Assembly (NCBI GenBank): GCA_030589055.1
Contig: JAUUWK010000001.1
Span: 1 to 37,712 of the forward strand
DNA from: Candidatus Bathyarchaeota archaeon
Lineage (GTDB): Archaea > Thermoproteota > Bathyarchaeia > Bathyarchaeales > Bathycorpusculaceae
Length of the DNA stretch: 37,712 bases
Direction of reading: 5' to 3'
The notes beneath the pieces are model-generated. The model was not told where the DNA came from, searched no databases, and was given only the letters and a program-made list of their open reading frames with translations. Positions within the stretch are counted from its first letter, which is position 1; each line of letters opens with the position of its first letter. The translations under genes and the position numbers were made by a program. Shown piece after piece: positions 1 to 9,668 of the stretch.

Positions 1-759
1 GAGCTGAAGAAGTCTCAAGAGCAACTCCTCAAAGCGCAAAGACTTGCAGTAATAGGTGAATTAGCCGGCATGGTAGGTCACGACCTACGTAACCCTCTAA
101 CAAGTATCAATGGAGCTGCATACTATCTGAAGAAACGGTTAAGTTCAAAAATAGACGACAAAGCAAAAGAAATGCTCGATCTTATAGAGAAGAACATAGA
201 ATATTCAAACAAGATAATAAATGACCTTTTGGATTATTCGAGAGAGATGAAGCTGGACTTGACGGAGAGTAATCCGAAGTCGATAATAAAAGAGGCATTG
301 TCTCTTGTTAAGATTCCGAAAAATATTCAAGTAATAGACTTGACGGAAAACAAGCCGAATACACAGGTTGACATTGTAAAAATTAAGAGAGCCTTCGTCA
401 ACGTAATCCAGAACGCCGTGGACGCCATGCCTAAAGGTGGATCACTAACAATAAAAACTAGAGAATCAAATGGCAACCTAGAATACGTCTTTTCAGATAC
501 TGGAGTAGGCATATCCAAGAAAACGATGGAAAAGCTTTGGACTCCGCTTTTTACAACAAAAGCAAAGGGAATGGGTTTCGGCTTGTCAATCTGTAAACGC
601 ATTGTAAAGGCGCATGGAGGTTCCATTTCCGTAAAAAGCAACCGTGGGAAAGGCACATCTTTCACTGTGACTATCCCAACGAAACCAAAAATAGAAGGAG
701 GTGAAAAAGTATGGGTGAAAACGCTAGAATCCTCATTGTTGACGACGACGAAGACATAA
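1..759 (+). CDS. Sensor histidine kinase, C-terminal HisKA + HATPase_c part (5' end outside window)
   Basis: Frame open from base 1. H-box GMVGHDLRNPL, N-box NVIQNAVDAM, G1 DTGVG, F-box PLFTTK, G2 GMGFGL. Confidence 0.95.
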   Translation, partial: ELKKSQEQLLKAQRLAVIGELAGMVGHDLRNPLTSINGAAYYLKKRLSSKIDDKAKEMLDLIEKNIEYSNKIINDLLDYSREMKLDLTESNPKSIIKEALSLVKIPKNIQVIDLTENKPNTQVDIVKIKRAFVNVIQNAVDAMPKGGSLTIKTRESNGNLEYVFSDTGVGISKKTMEKLWTPLFTTKAKGMGFGLSICKRIVKAHGGSISVKSNRGKGTSFTVTIPTKPKIEGGEKVWVKTLESSLLTTTKT

Positions 760-1184
760 GAAAAGTATTGACGACAATACTTGAGGACGAAGGCTACATT
801 GTTGAATCAGTGGGCACGGCTAGAAAAGCAATAGCAAAAACTAGAGACAACTTCTATAATTTAGCCTTAATCGATGTTCGACTTCCAGACCTGGTGGGAA
901 TAGAACTTCTAACAAGAATGAATGATTCAACGCCTAAGATGCGAAAAATAATCATCACAGGCTATCCAACACTGCAGAACGCGATTGAAGCAGTGAACAG
1001 AGGCGCAGACGCCTACATAATAAAGCCCTTTGACATGGAAAAAGTTCTAGACACCATCAAGGAAGAGCTGATGAAACAAGAAGAAGAGAAGAGATACAGC
1101 CAAGAGAAAGTCGCAGATTTCATTGAAGCAAGAGTGAAGGAGTTGGAAGCTAAGGGAAATTTGGCTTACAAGAGGAAACCTTAA
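711..1184 (+). CDS. Response regulator (receiver domain plus short helical tail)
   Basis: ILIVDDD, LIDVRLPD, IITG, YIIKPF receiver motifs. GGAGGTGA RBS upstream. Overlaps the kinase 3' end. Confidence 0.95.
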   Translation: MGENARILIVDDDEDIRKVLTTILEDEGYIVESVGTARKAIAKTRDNFYNLALIDVRLPDLVGIELLTRMNDSTPKMRKIIITGYPTLQNAIEAVNRGADAYIIKPFDMEKVLDTIKEELMKQEEEKRYSQEKVADFIEARVKELEAKGNLAYKRKP

Positions 1185-1268
1185 ATCTTAGCAATAATTC
1201 CCAACTTTCTTCTTTCGTTGGCATCTTTCAAATTTTCAATTTCTTCTAGTTGTGTACCATAATTTTGG

Positions 1269-2165
1269 CTAGCATTGTTTAGATAGGTTTTTGCGCATAA
1301 ATCTCCAGTGGTGGCCAATTTTGAAACCGAGTTTTCGAAAAAGAGTCACGGATGGAATGTTCCGTTCTGAAGTGTATAAAGCCACGGAGTCCACTCCCCT
1401 TTCGATGAGGAAGTTCATCGCCTTACATGTAAGAGCGGATGCAAGATTTTTGCTACGATATTTGGAAAGGGTGGCTGCTGGACCAAGATAACCTCGCTTA
1501 CCACCGAAGAATTCGTTGTATTTTCCGTCTGGTCTGGAAACAACAACTGAAACAATTTTACTGTCAAGTTCAGCGACATGAATCCATTCTTCGCTGAAAG
1601 GAAAACATCCAGACTTCCATCTCTGAACAACACCTTGTTTCAGTCTTTCCCAGCCAAACCCGGCGTTCACAGCTTCAACAAAATCTTTTTCCTCTTCTGT
1701 TTTCAAACTGCGAACAATTGTGTCTTCTGGAACTTCTGGAAGAAGCTTCAAACCGTCAAGTCTAGCAACCATGTGGTATAATCCACCCTCAGCCTTGTAT
1801 CCCCGTTCAGCCCACTCGGCGATCTTTTTGCTTCCAGCATCAACAACCGTGAAAACCGTTTCACCCTCAACATGTTTTTCGATTTCCTTAACCAACAAGC
1901 TCTCTAGACGTTTTCGATTTAAGCCTTCAAGAACACAAAGCCACTCAATTTCTTCACCCCAACGCCCATTGTTATATGCAGCAGCGCCTATGGTTCCGCC
2001 TTCTTCCTTAGCCATTAGAATTTTAAGATCCCACTCCTTAATCTGAGAGCGAAGTTTCCGTTCATTGAAGGGAATGAACTCGTATGATTCTCTGGGTATT
2101 TCATTGAGTAATTTAACCAAGCTTGGGAAGTCTTTATCGGTGAAGCTTCGAATTTGAACAGTCAT
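1269..2165 (-). CDS. GNAT family N-acetyltransferase (tandem GNAT domains)
   Basis: Motif A-like ATLSKYRSKNLASAL and C-terminal NIPSVTLFRKLGF; 298 aa fits two domains. Confidence 0.8.
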   Translation of the reverse strand: MTVQIRSFTDKDFPSLVKLLNEIPRESYEFIPFNERKLRSQIKEWDLKILMAKEEGGTIGAAAYNNGRWGEEIEWLCVLEGLNRKRLESLLVKEIEKHVEGETVFTVVDAGSKKIAEWAERGYKAEGGLYHMVARLDGLKLLPEVPEDTIVRSLKTEEEKDFVEAVNAGFGWERLKQGVVQRWKSGCFPFSEEWIHVAELDSKIVSVVVSRPDGKYNEFFGGKRGYLGPAATLSKYRSKNLASALTCKAMNFLIERGVDSVALYTSERNIPSVTLFRKLGFKIGHHWRFMRKNLSKQC

Positions 2166-2243
2166 GCTTTGTCTTTTAGAACAGAACTAAAAATAGTAAT
2201 AAATGTTTAGATTAGACCTAAGTTATCGCTGTAACTATTCTGT

Positions 2244-2564
2244 CTATGCTGGTATCAAGGTTTTGGAGATTTGCATTTTTAGTTCGGCGTGTTGCTCTCT
2301 GACTTCGTTTCTTAAAACGATAATTTCTGACCGAAGTCTCTTCTTGGATTCTGGAGCCAAATCCTTCGATTTTATCATGTTCTTCTCAATCTTTTCTATG
2401 TCCTTCTCTGCGGAACGCCTTATCTCTTCAGATTTCTTCAAGGCTTCCACTTTCAATTTTTCGATTTCTGCGAAGTCTTTCCTTATGTTTCTTGCCCGTT
2501 TGTTCAGCTTTTCTCTTATCTTGTTCACTTTTTCTCTATATTCGCGCTCAGAAGGGCCTCCCAT
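2244..2564 (-). CDS. Hypothetical charged coiled-coil protein
   Basis: 106-aa K/E/R-rich helical ORF with GGGTGA RBS-like sequence upstream. Confidence 0.7.
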   Translation of the reverse strand: MGGPSEREYREKVNKIREKLNKRARNIRKDFAEIEKLKVEALKKSEEIRRSAEKDIEKIEKNMIKSKDLAPESKKRLRSEIIVLRNEVREQHAELKMQISKTLIPA

Positions 2565-2798
2565 TGTGTAACACCATTCACCCTTTTTTGTCTGTCGGAA
2601 TAATTAATAAATTTTATGACGTAACAATCAGTAAATATGGAGGCCTCAGTTTCGATGAGCGGTCAAACGAATCAAGAGTGACGGGTTGAAATATTCTTGA
2701 TTGTGAGCATTAATTCCAGCTGCAACGACAAAGGGATACAGATTATGTAGAGTTGAATCTAAGACTTTAGGTCATAGGTTTTCGGGATTGTAGAGCAA

Positions 2799-2813
2799 AG
2801 TCGCGCGCGCTAC
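2799..2813. repeat. (GC)n tract AGTCGCGCGCGCTAC, identical to 16335-16349
   Basis: Exact 15-nt match read from the sequence. Confidence 0.9.
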
Positions 2814-3024
2814 GATCTATGAAAAGAAAACCAAAAGAGGTTTGGAAAAATTCCTGAAGATCAGGAAAATGCTAAATCAAGAATACTTAGAGACCGAGCT
2901 GCTTCTGAGAAAAGAAAAGCTGCGGAAACGAAAGAACGTAGGAAATATGCGGGAAAATATGAGAATACAAGGAATGAAAAACGTATATATTTGGATCTCA
3001 CTTATGGCTAAATAGGTGAAAACT

Positions 3025-3540
3025 GTGAAGTGGGTGACCCGCGAATTCGTTCATGTAGACAGAACTGCATGCCCGTGGCTTATCAAGAAATTCATAGACT
3101 CACAAGCCGAATTCATGTTTGTACCAACAGAAAGAATAGCAGAAACCGCAAAAACTCGAGGAGCAACACCTTTTGACGTGCCCGGAGTTAAGCTTGGACA
3201 TAGAAACGGAAAATGCAGCTTCGAAACCATAATAGAAGAATACAAGTTGAAAGACCCTGTGCTTCATGAACTCGCCAAAATCGTTCATTCAGCAGATACA
3301 CGCGACACTGAACTGGCCCCTGAAGGAATAGGTTTAAGCTCAATAATGACTGGCGCAAGATTTAATGTAAAAGACGATTCTGAAGCAGTAGAGAAGGCTG
3401 CATACGTTTATGATGCACTTTACACCTATTGCAAAATTAAGCTGCTCCGCGAGAGATGCAAGAATGAATTAGAGAAGATGAACCGAAAACAGCAAAGAGA
3501 GTTCTTAAGAAAGAAGATGCGAGAGGAAATAACAGGTTAA
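3025..3540 (+). CDS. Chromate resistance ChrB C-terminal-domain protein
   Basis: KWVTRE..HVDRTACPWLIKKFID and GATPFD..H...CSFE motifs. AGGTGA RBS favours GTG at 3025. Confidence 0.85.
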   Translation: MKWVTREFVHVDRTACPWLIKKFIDSQAEFMFVPTERIAETAKTRGATPFDVPGVKLGHRNGKCSFETIIEEYKLKDPVLHELAKIVHSADTRDTELAPEGIGLSSIMTGARFNVKDDSEAVEKAAYVYDALYTYCKIKLLRERCKNELEKMNRKQQREFLRKKMREEITG

Positions 3541-4013
3541 CGTTTTCTCCCACCTTTATGTATTGAAGTTAAACGGTAGCATCATATTTATAGGGGATTG
3601 CATAGACTTGCTTAAAGCTTCTTCTAGAGTCCTTTATTTTTGGCTAACTGTTGGCGAAAGTCTCTGATACTTCTCCTATAGCAGTGAATATGATCCATAG
3701 AATTATTGGAATTTCGTTGCTGGAATTATTGCTGAACTGCTGAAACCAAAAATTAAGAAAACTAAGAAGGTAATTGAAAGGCATGCTGAAATAAGAATTA
3801 GTCAAATCATCCTTCTAAGCTTCGTTTTTCCTTTCATTTCATCTTTTATAATCCATAAATAGGAAAGGTAAATTACCAATGCGAGTAACAGGAAATCCCA
3901 ATGAAAACATATCATTTAACTCGTTTAATTCTTAAGATAGCGCCTCTACTAAAGTTTTATTACTTCTTAAGTTCAATAGCCCAAAACCAATAGTGTTCAA
4001 AGCTGGTTTGCTG

Positions 4014-5225
4014 ATGGCTTCACAGACAAGAAACGCTAGAGATAGCACTTTTTTGATGATATGCATTATGGGATCATTTGCGATCTTAAGCTCTACAATG
4101 TCAAAAAACCCTGTTTTGAATCCGTTTGCCACAAGTCTCGGAACTCCAGAAGTTTGGTTGGGTTTTATAGCTGCTGCTTCAACTATTCCCGGCATTTTGA
4201 TTAGTTTGCCCGCTGCTTCACTTTCAGACATTTATGGTAGAAAGAAATTCTTGTTAATATCAGGATTTGTCTTTGCTTCAGCTCCTTTCCTTTATCTTTC
4301 TGTAACTGTGTGGTGGCAACTCATCCTCGTCAGGTTTTACCATGGATTTGCAACGGCAATCTTTGTCCCAGTCGCTGAAGCCTCAGTGGCTAAGCTGTTT
4401 CCAACTAAACGAGGAGAACGCATATCACTTTTTTCTTCAGTAACGTACGTTGGGAGAGGGATTGCACCTTTTCTGGGTGCCTACATGCTACTCGTCACCA
4501 ACACAGATTTTGATGTGCTTTATTTGGCTGTAGGCGCTGCTGGTGTGACAGCGTTTATTTTGGCTTTGCTTTTTTTAGTTGAGAGGAAGAAGCAACCCGT
4601 ACCTTTGCAGCAGAAGAATGAGAAAGAGATTGTTAGGAGGGTGTACCGCGGATGGGGAAAAGTTGCTAGAAACCACGATGTTTTAGTGGTGAGTTTTGTT
4701 CAAGCTTGTCAATTTTATACCTATGGCGCGGTTGAATATTTTCTGGTTGGTTATTTAACTAAGGTTGTTCACTTTGACTGGTTCATAACCGGCGTTATTA
4801 GTGGAAGCCTCTTAGTAGTGCCGATTGTGGCTAAACCGTATATGGGCAGAATTTCAGACAAGGTTGGAAGACGAATTCCGATAATTGCAGGCTGCATAAT
4901 AGGGAGTCTTCCTTTATTGGTGATTCCTTTCGTCGTTGAGTCTTCCATTCTCCTTCTGCTTTCAGTAGTTTACGGATTTGGTTTTGCAGCTGTAACGGCT
5001 TCCACATCAGCTTTAGTCAGCGAGCTTGTACCCAAGGAATTAGTCGGCACATCCATGGGGTTTCTCGCCACAATAATGGATGTTGGTCAGACCATAGGGC
5101 CAATCATTACAGGGATGATAATTGCAACAAACGTGGCCTACCAAGGCTCATTTCCAGCATTAACCGCAGTACTACTGCTTTCTTGTGTAATATTCACCTT
5201 GTCCAGAGTTGCCAAAACTAAATAG
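4014..5225 (+). CDS. MFS transporter
   Basis: About 12 hydrophobic segments and two motif A copies (SLSDIYGRK, GRISDKVGRR). Start at 3993 or 4014. Confidence 0.92.
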   Translation: MASQTRNARDSTFLMICIMGSFAILSSTMSKNPVLNPFATSLGTPEVWLGFIAAASTIPGILISLPAASLSDIYGRKKFLLISGFVFASAPFLYLSVTVWWQLILVRFYHGFATAIFVPVAEASVAKLFPTKRGERISLFSSVTYVGRGIAPFLGAYMLLVTNTDFDVLYLAVGAAGVTAFILALLFLVERKKQPVPLQQKNEKEIVRRVYRGWGKVARNHDVLVVSFVQACQFYTYGAVEYFLVGYLTKVVHFDWFITGVISGSLLVVPIVAKPYMGRISDKVGRRIPIIAGCIIGSLPLLVIPFVVESSILLLLSVVYGFGFAAVTASTSALVSELVPKELVGTSMGFLATIMDVGQTIGPIITGMIIATNVAYQGSFPALTAVLLLSCVIFTLSRVAKTK

Positions 5226-5417
5226 CCATTCATAGAAGCCCTGAAAAGAGATTGTCGAACGAAAAATACTCACCTATTTCTTCTGATAAAACCTGCAAAA
5301 AGTCTAGACACTTACGCTTCAACTTTCTCACTTGCTTTACTGAAAAAAGGAAGAAAGAGATGGTCTTTCCTCTTGAGTAGAGAGGTGTAATCTAATTGAA
5401 TGTAGACGAGTTCGCAC

Positions 5418-5738
5418 TCATTTTTCCAGCAGATTGATTTTGATTTCTTTTATTTTCAATTTCCAGATTTTTTCAGGTGCTCCTCCGCCAGTTTCTCTGT
5501 ATTCTGCTAGTTCGATGATGCCTGCTTCTTCCAGTTCGGAGAGATGGTAGTAGAGCCCTGATCTTGAGAGTGATTCTCCAGCCTTCTCTAATTCCTTCAG
5601 TATTTCTTTCGAGCCTCTTGTTTTATCTCCTATCGAGCGGGTTATGAGCCATCTTGTTGGGCAATGAAGTGCCCCAAAGTATTTCTGGATTTGAGTCAAA
5701 TCTTTTAGGTTGGAGTGTCTGCATCCGTTAGTGCACAT
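5418..5738 (-). CDS. ArsR-like winged-helix regulator with Cys/His residues
   Basis: ALHCPTRWLI, LSRSGLYYHLSELEEAGII, wing GGGAPEKIWKL. Confidence 0.85.
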   Translation of the reverse strand: MCTNGCRHSNLKDLTQIQKYFGALHCPTRWLITRSIGDKTRGSKEILKELEKAGESLSRSGLYYHLSELEEAGIIELAEYRETGGGAPEKIWKLKIKEIKINLLEK

Positions 5739-5778
5739 GTTCCCATCTTGCCTTTAATATCTATAAAGGAGTTTTAGC

Positions 5779-5937
5779 TTATTCTTTTTTCCAGTGTTTT
5801 TCTACATGGCTTAGTTCGAGGTCAGCGCCTTTAACATCGCCTTTTAAAAGCAGTTCGCGAGCTTCACTTATGTGTTCTAGAGCGCAACCTTTTGGGTCGT
5901 GTTTGAATTCGCATTGTTCTTTCTCTTTTTTACACAT
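5779..5937 (-). CDS. Small 52-aa Cys/His-containing protein (not in ORF track)
   Basis: Manual translation MCKKEKEQCEFKHDPKGCALEHISEARELLLKGDVKGADLELSHVEKHWKKE*. Downstream of a BRE/TATA-like GAAAGACTTAAATA and co-oriented with the ArsR gene. Confidence 0.65.
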   Translation of the reverse strand: MCKKEKEQCEFKHDPKGCALEHISEARELLLKGDVKGADLELSHVEKHWKKE

Positions 5938-5944
5938 GATATAT

Positions 5945-5962
5945 CACTAGAACGTTATAGTG
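5945..5962. promoter_or_regulatory. Palindromic operator candidate CACTAGAACGTTATAGTG
   Basis: 16/18 palindrome between the putative TATA box and the start of the small-ORF/ArsR unit. Confidence 0.5.
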
Positions 5963-6159
5963 TTCTTTGCAATATTTAAGTCTTTCCTGAGATATACGGT
6001 AATCTTTGATACGAAAGTTTTAAGCGTATTCTTTACGACTTAGAATTGAGGTCATTCATCCGAAAACACGTTATTTCATGCTTTCTTTTTTGTGTGATTA
6101 TGTCTATGCTTTGCATTGTTTCTCTTCTTGTTAAACTAGTTATTATTCATGTCAATGTA

Positions 6160-6175
6160 GAAAGGTTTTATATAA
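6160..6175 (+). promoter_or_regulatory. Archaeal BRE/TATA promoter of the nrd operon
   Basis: GAAAGG followed by TTTTATATAA about 95 nt upstream of nrdR. Confidence 0.65.
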
Positions 6176-6179
6176 TGAA

Positions 6180-6227
6180 ACACTACGCGTAGTGTTCGTT
6201 TTGCTTCACAAACGCTAGATGTATAGG
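6180..6227 (+). promoter_or_regulatory. Tandem NrdR-box-like operators (6180-6195, 6212-6227)
   Basis: ACACTACGCGTAGTGT (perfect palindrome) and ACGCTAGATGTATAGG, starts 32 nt apart, resembling consensus acaCwAtATaTwGtgt. Confidence 0.7.
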
Positions 6228-6268
6228 AGGCAAATCTCTTTAGGGGATTATGAGGGAAAAAGGGTAGG

Positions 6269-6715
6269 ATGAAGTGTCCATATTGTGGGTCAGAGAGTAT
6301 CAGGACCCTTGAGACGAGGGATTCGCAGAACGACACTATTAGACGTCGTAAAGAATGTCTGAACTGTGGAAAACGCTTCACAACTTACGAGTATATTGAA
6401 ACCGTGGAGCTTATGGTTCGGAAAACAGATGATAGAATTGAGCGTTTTGACTTAAACAAAATTATTAGGGGCATTCAGAAAGCCTGTGAGAAAAGACCCA
6501 TAACTATGGAGCAGATTCGCAATCTGGCTGAACGTGTCCGACAGGATTTGATGATGAGGGGGAAAGGAGAGGTTTCTTCACAGGAGATCGGAGACCTAAC
6601 CGCGAAGTATTTGAAGAGACTTGACCACGTGGCTTATGTAAGATTTGCCTCAGTTTATAGGCGCTTTGAGGAGCCAGCCGACTTTACAAAAATCCTCAAA
6701 GAGGTGAGAAAGTGA
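6269..6715 (+). CDS. nrdR: Transcriptional repressor NrdR
   Basis: Zn ribbon MKCPYC...IRRRKECLNCGKRFTTYE, ATP cone, VAYVRFASVYR. Confidence 0.97.
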   Translation: MKCPYCGSESIRTLETRDSQNDTIRRRKECLNCGKRFTTYEYIETVELMVRKTDDRIERFDLNKIIRGIQKACEKRPITMEQIRNLAERVRQDLMMRGKGEVSSQEIGDLTAKYLKRLDHVAYVRFASVYRRFEEPADFTKILKEVRK

Positions 6716-8829
6716 AGTTTGTTAGAAAACGTGATGGAAGATTAGAACCTTTTGATCAGGAACGAATAACAAACGCGATTTGGAAGGCAGCGCGCGCTAT
6801 AGGTGGAAAAGACCGCGAGTTAACCAAGAAACTAAGTGACCAAGTTGTGGTCTTGCTTCAGGAACGCTTCGGAGAAGACGGCGTTCCAACTGTTGAGGAA
6901 ATCCAGGACTTGGTTGAGAAGATAATCATAAAAAATGGGTATGCAAGAACAGCCAAGGCTTACATTCTCTACCGGAAGCAGCATCAAGACTTGCGTGAGT
7001 TAGCTGCCCTACTAAGCTCAGCAGATCTTGTGGATCAATACTTGAATACTGAGGATTGGCGGGTGAGGGAAAATTCGAATATGAGTTATTCGTTGCAGGG
7101 CTTAAATAATTATTTGTCGTCCACGGTTATAGCGAAGTATTGGATTACACGGATTCATCCGCCTAAAGTTGCAGACGCACACTTTTCCGGAGATCTACAT
7201 ATTCACGACTTAGGCGTTTTGGGACCGTACTGCGTGGGCTGGGACATAAAAGACCTGCTTCTTTCAGGATTCGGCGGCGTAAAGGCAAAGATAGAGAGTA
7301 CGCCTGCGAAACACTTCAGAACCGCTCTTGGGCATGTGGTGAACTTCTTTTATACGCTTCAGGGAGAGGCGGCGGGAGCTCAGGCTTTCAGCAACTTTGA
7401 TACATATTTGGCACCGTTCATACGTTATGATGGATTAAGCCGAAAGGAAGTTGAGCAGGCGCTTCAGGAATTCTTCTTCAACATGAACGTGCCAACCCGT
7501 GTGGGTTTCCAAACACCCTTTACGAATTTAACCTTGGACCTTACAGTTCCGGAGTTTATGAAGGACGAGTCTGTGATTGTCGGTGGAAAGGTGATGAATG
7601 AAACTTACGGCGAGATGCAAGAGGAATTAGACATTTTCAATCTTACCTTCGCGGAAGTTATGTGTAAGGGAGATTCGAAGGGTAGGGTTTTCACTTTTCC
7701 GATACCGACATATAACATAACGAAGGATTTTGATTGGGAGAACGGGGTCTGTGAGAAGCTCTTTGAAGTTACTGCCAAGTATGGTGTGCCATACTTCTCT
7801 AACTTCATAGGCAGTGACATGAAGCCTGAAGACGTTAGGAGTATGTGTTGTCGCTTAAGAATAGACAACCGAGAACTGCGTAAGCGCGGCGGCGGTTTCT
7901 TCGGAGCAAATCCGTTAACGGGCAGCATAGGTGTAGTGACGATTAATCTTCCGAGGATAGGATATTTAGCGAAGGATGAGGATGAATTTTTTGAACGTTT
8001 AGGGGAGATGATGGAGACTGCCAAGAACAGCTTAGAGACAAAGAGAAAGGTGCTTGAAAAATTCACAGAGAACGAGTTGTATCCATACTCGAGGCGTTAT
8101 CTTCATCAAGTAAAGGAAGGTTTTGGGAAATTCTGGAAAAACCATTTCTCGACAATAGGGTTAGTGGGCATGAATGAGGCATTGCTGAATCTCTTTGGAC
8201 GTGGCATAGGAACTCCAGAAGGATTAGACTTTGCAGCAAAAGTGCTAAGCTTCATGCGAAACAAACTGGCAGATTTTCAGGAGGAAACTGGAAGCATATA
8301 TAACCTTGAGGCAACGCCTGCTGAAGGCACATCTTACAGACTCGCGCGCATAGACAAACGGAAATATCCAAATATTATTGTAGCTAATGAGAAACATCTT
8401 GCAAAAGGCGTTGAACCTTTCTACACCAATTCTTCACAGTTGCCTGTGGACTATGAAGTGGACTTGTTTGAGGCTTTAAGGCATCAGGATAGATTACAGA
8501 CGCTTTACACTGGCGGCACAGTTTTCCACATCTATCTTGGTGAGCGGATCTATTCGTGGAAGGCTGCAGCTGAACTCGCTAGGAAGGTGGCTTGGAACTC
8601 GCATCTGCCCTACTTCACTTTGACGCCTACCTTCAGCGTTTGTCCAACTCACGGTTACGTAGGCGGCGAACACAAACAATGCCCAACGTGCGGAGCAAGA
8701 TGTGAGGTTTACTCGAGGGTTGTTGGTTATCTCAGGCCAGTTGACCAGTGGAATGACGGTAAACAGGCGGAATTTGCTATACGTAGAAGCTTTGACAAAT
8801 CTGTTGTTTTGGCAACTGTGCATGCGTGA
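6712..8829 (+). CDS. nrdD: Class III anaerobic ribonucleoside-triphosphate reductase with N-terminal ATP cone
   Basis: VRKRDG ATP cone, HIHDL, SMCCRL, ATPAEG, C-terminal Zn site and glycyl radical motif RVVGYL. Confidence 0.97.
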   Translation: MKFVRKRDGRLEPFDQERITNAIWKAARAIGGKDRELTKKLSDQVVVLLQERFGEDGVPTVEEIQDLVEKIIIKNGYARTAKAYILYRKQHQDLRELAALLSSADLVDQYLNTEDWRVRENSNMSYSLQGLNNYLSSTVIAKYWITRIHPPKVADAHFSGDLHIHDLGVLGPYCVGWDIKDLLLSGFGGVKAKIESTPAKHFRTALGHVVNFFYTLQGEAAGAQAFSNFDTYLAPFIRYDGLSRKEVEQALQEFFFNMNVPTRVGFQTPFTNLTLDLTVPEFMKDESVIVGGKVMNETYGEMQEELDIFNLTFAEVMCKGDSKGRVFTFPIPTYNITKDFDWENGVCEKLFEVTAKYGVPYFSNFIGSDMKPEDVRSMCCRLRIDNRELRKRGGGFFGANPLTGSIGVVTINLPRIGYLAKDEDEFFERLGEMMETAKNSLETKRKVLEKFTENELYPYSRRYLHQVKEGFGKFWKNHFSTIGLVGMNEALLNLFGRGIGTPEGLDFAAKVLSFMRNKLADFQEETGSIYNLEATPAEGTSYRLARIDKRKYPNIIVANEKHLAKGVEPFYTNSSQLPVDYEVDLFEALRHQDRLQTLYTGGTVFHIYLGERIYSWKAAAELARKVAWNSHLPYFTLTPTFSVCPTHGYVGGEHKQCPTCGARCEVYSRVVGYLRPVDQWNDGKQAEFAIRRSFDKSVVLATVHA

Positions 8830-9518
8830 GTGAAGCTTACATGAAGTTCAGCGGCATCCAAAAGACAAGTCTGATAGATTTTCCAGATAGAGTAGCTACA
8901 GTGCTTTTTACCCCTGACTGCAATCTGCGCTGTCCTTTCTGTCACAACTGGAGAATCGTGCTGGATCCTAAGCCTCCATTCCTCAACGAAGAAACAGTGA
9001 TTCAAATTCTTGAGAAACGCAAGAAATTCGTGGACGCAGTAGTCATAACTGGCGGAGAACCGACAATACACAAGGAGATTCCAAAATTCCTAAAGAAACT
9101 TAAGGAAAAAGGCTTTTCGGTTAAACTCGACACTAACGGTTTTTTTCCAGAGGTTTTGAAGGAATGCTTGGCTTATGTGGATTACGTTGCTTTGGATGTG
9201 AAGACTTCATTGGAGAGATATGGACGTTTAGGAGCAAAGGACACGGCTGATTTTTTGCGTACGGTTGAGATTTTGAAGAATGAAAACGTTGACTATGAGT
9301 TTAGAACTACAGTTGTTCCAGGCTTCGTCGACAAGGAAGATATTTCAGAGATAGGTGAAATCGTCAAGGGTGGAAAACGTTTTGCATTCCAACAGTTTGT
9401 TGCTGGCGACACATTAGACAAGGTATTCAACAGTGTTAATCCTTATCCGCCTGAAGTTATCGGTGAATTTGCCAGCGTCATGAGAGAATACGTTGCGAAT
9501 GTAACGCTTCGTATATAA
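8826..9518 (+). CDS. nrdG: Anaerobic RNR activating radical SAM protein
   Basis: CNLRCPFCHN, ITGGEPT, KLDTNG; GTGA overlap with nrdD. Confidence 0.93.
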   Translation: MSEAYMKFSGIQKTSLIDFPDRVATVLFTPDCNLRCPFCHNWRIVLDPKPPFLNEETVIQILEKRKKFVDAVVITGGEPTIHKEIPKFLKKLKEKGFSVKLDTNGFFPEVLKECLAYVDYVALDVKTSLERYGRLGAKDTADFLRTVEILKNENVDYEFRTTVVPGFVDKEDISEIGEIVKGGKRFAFQQFVAGDTLDKVFNSVNPYPPEVIGEFASVMREYVANVTLRI

Positions 9519-9668
9519 CTCGACATTTTGGAAGAGGCCCGTAGAGATCATAGAAAATCGGAAGAGTTGGCTTAGTGCTTTGTCACTAGTTGAGAGCGAG
9601 TTGGAGTCGTACGTGTGAGAAAGATTATTATGTCGTTGCATTGCCATATAGTTATGTGGTGATAAAAT

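Noticed and set aside
711..759. 49-nt overlap of kinase and response regulator
   Set aside because: The kinase tail simply runs past the regulator RBS; ordinary coupling.
3560..3900. AT-rich spacer with a short hydrophobic minus-strand frame
   Set aside because: Under 60 codons with no recognisable motif; may be a decayed gene but cannot be supported.
6790..6797. GCGCGCGC inside nrdD (also CGCGCGC at 8343-8349)
   Set aside because: In frame in an intact gene (AARA, LARID) and explained by Ala/Arg codons. It does show that short tracts arise by chance, so the 6-7 nt intergenic tracts are weaker evidence.
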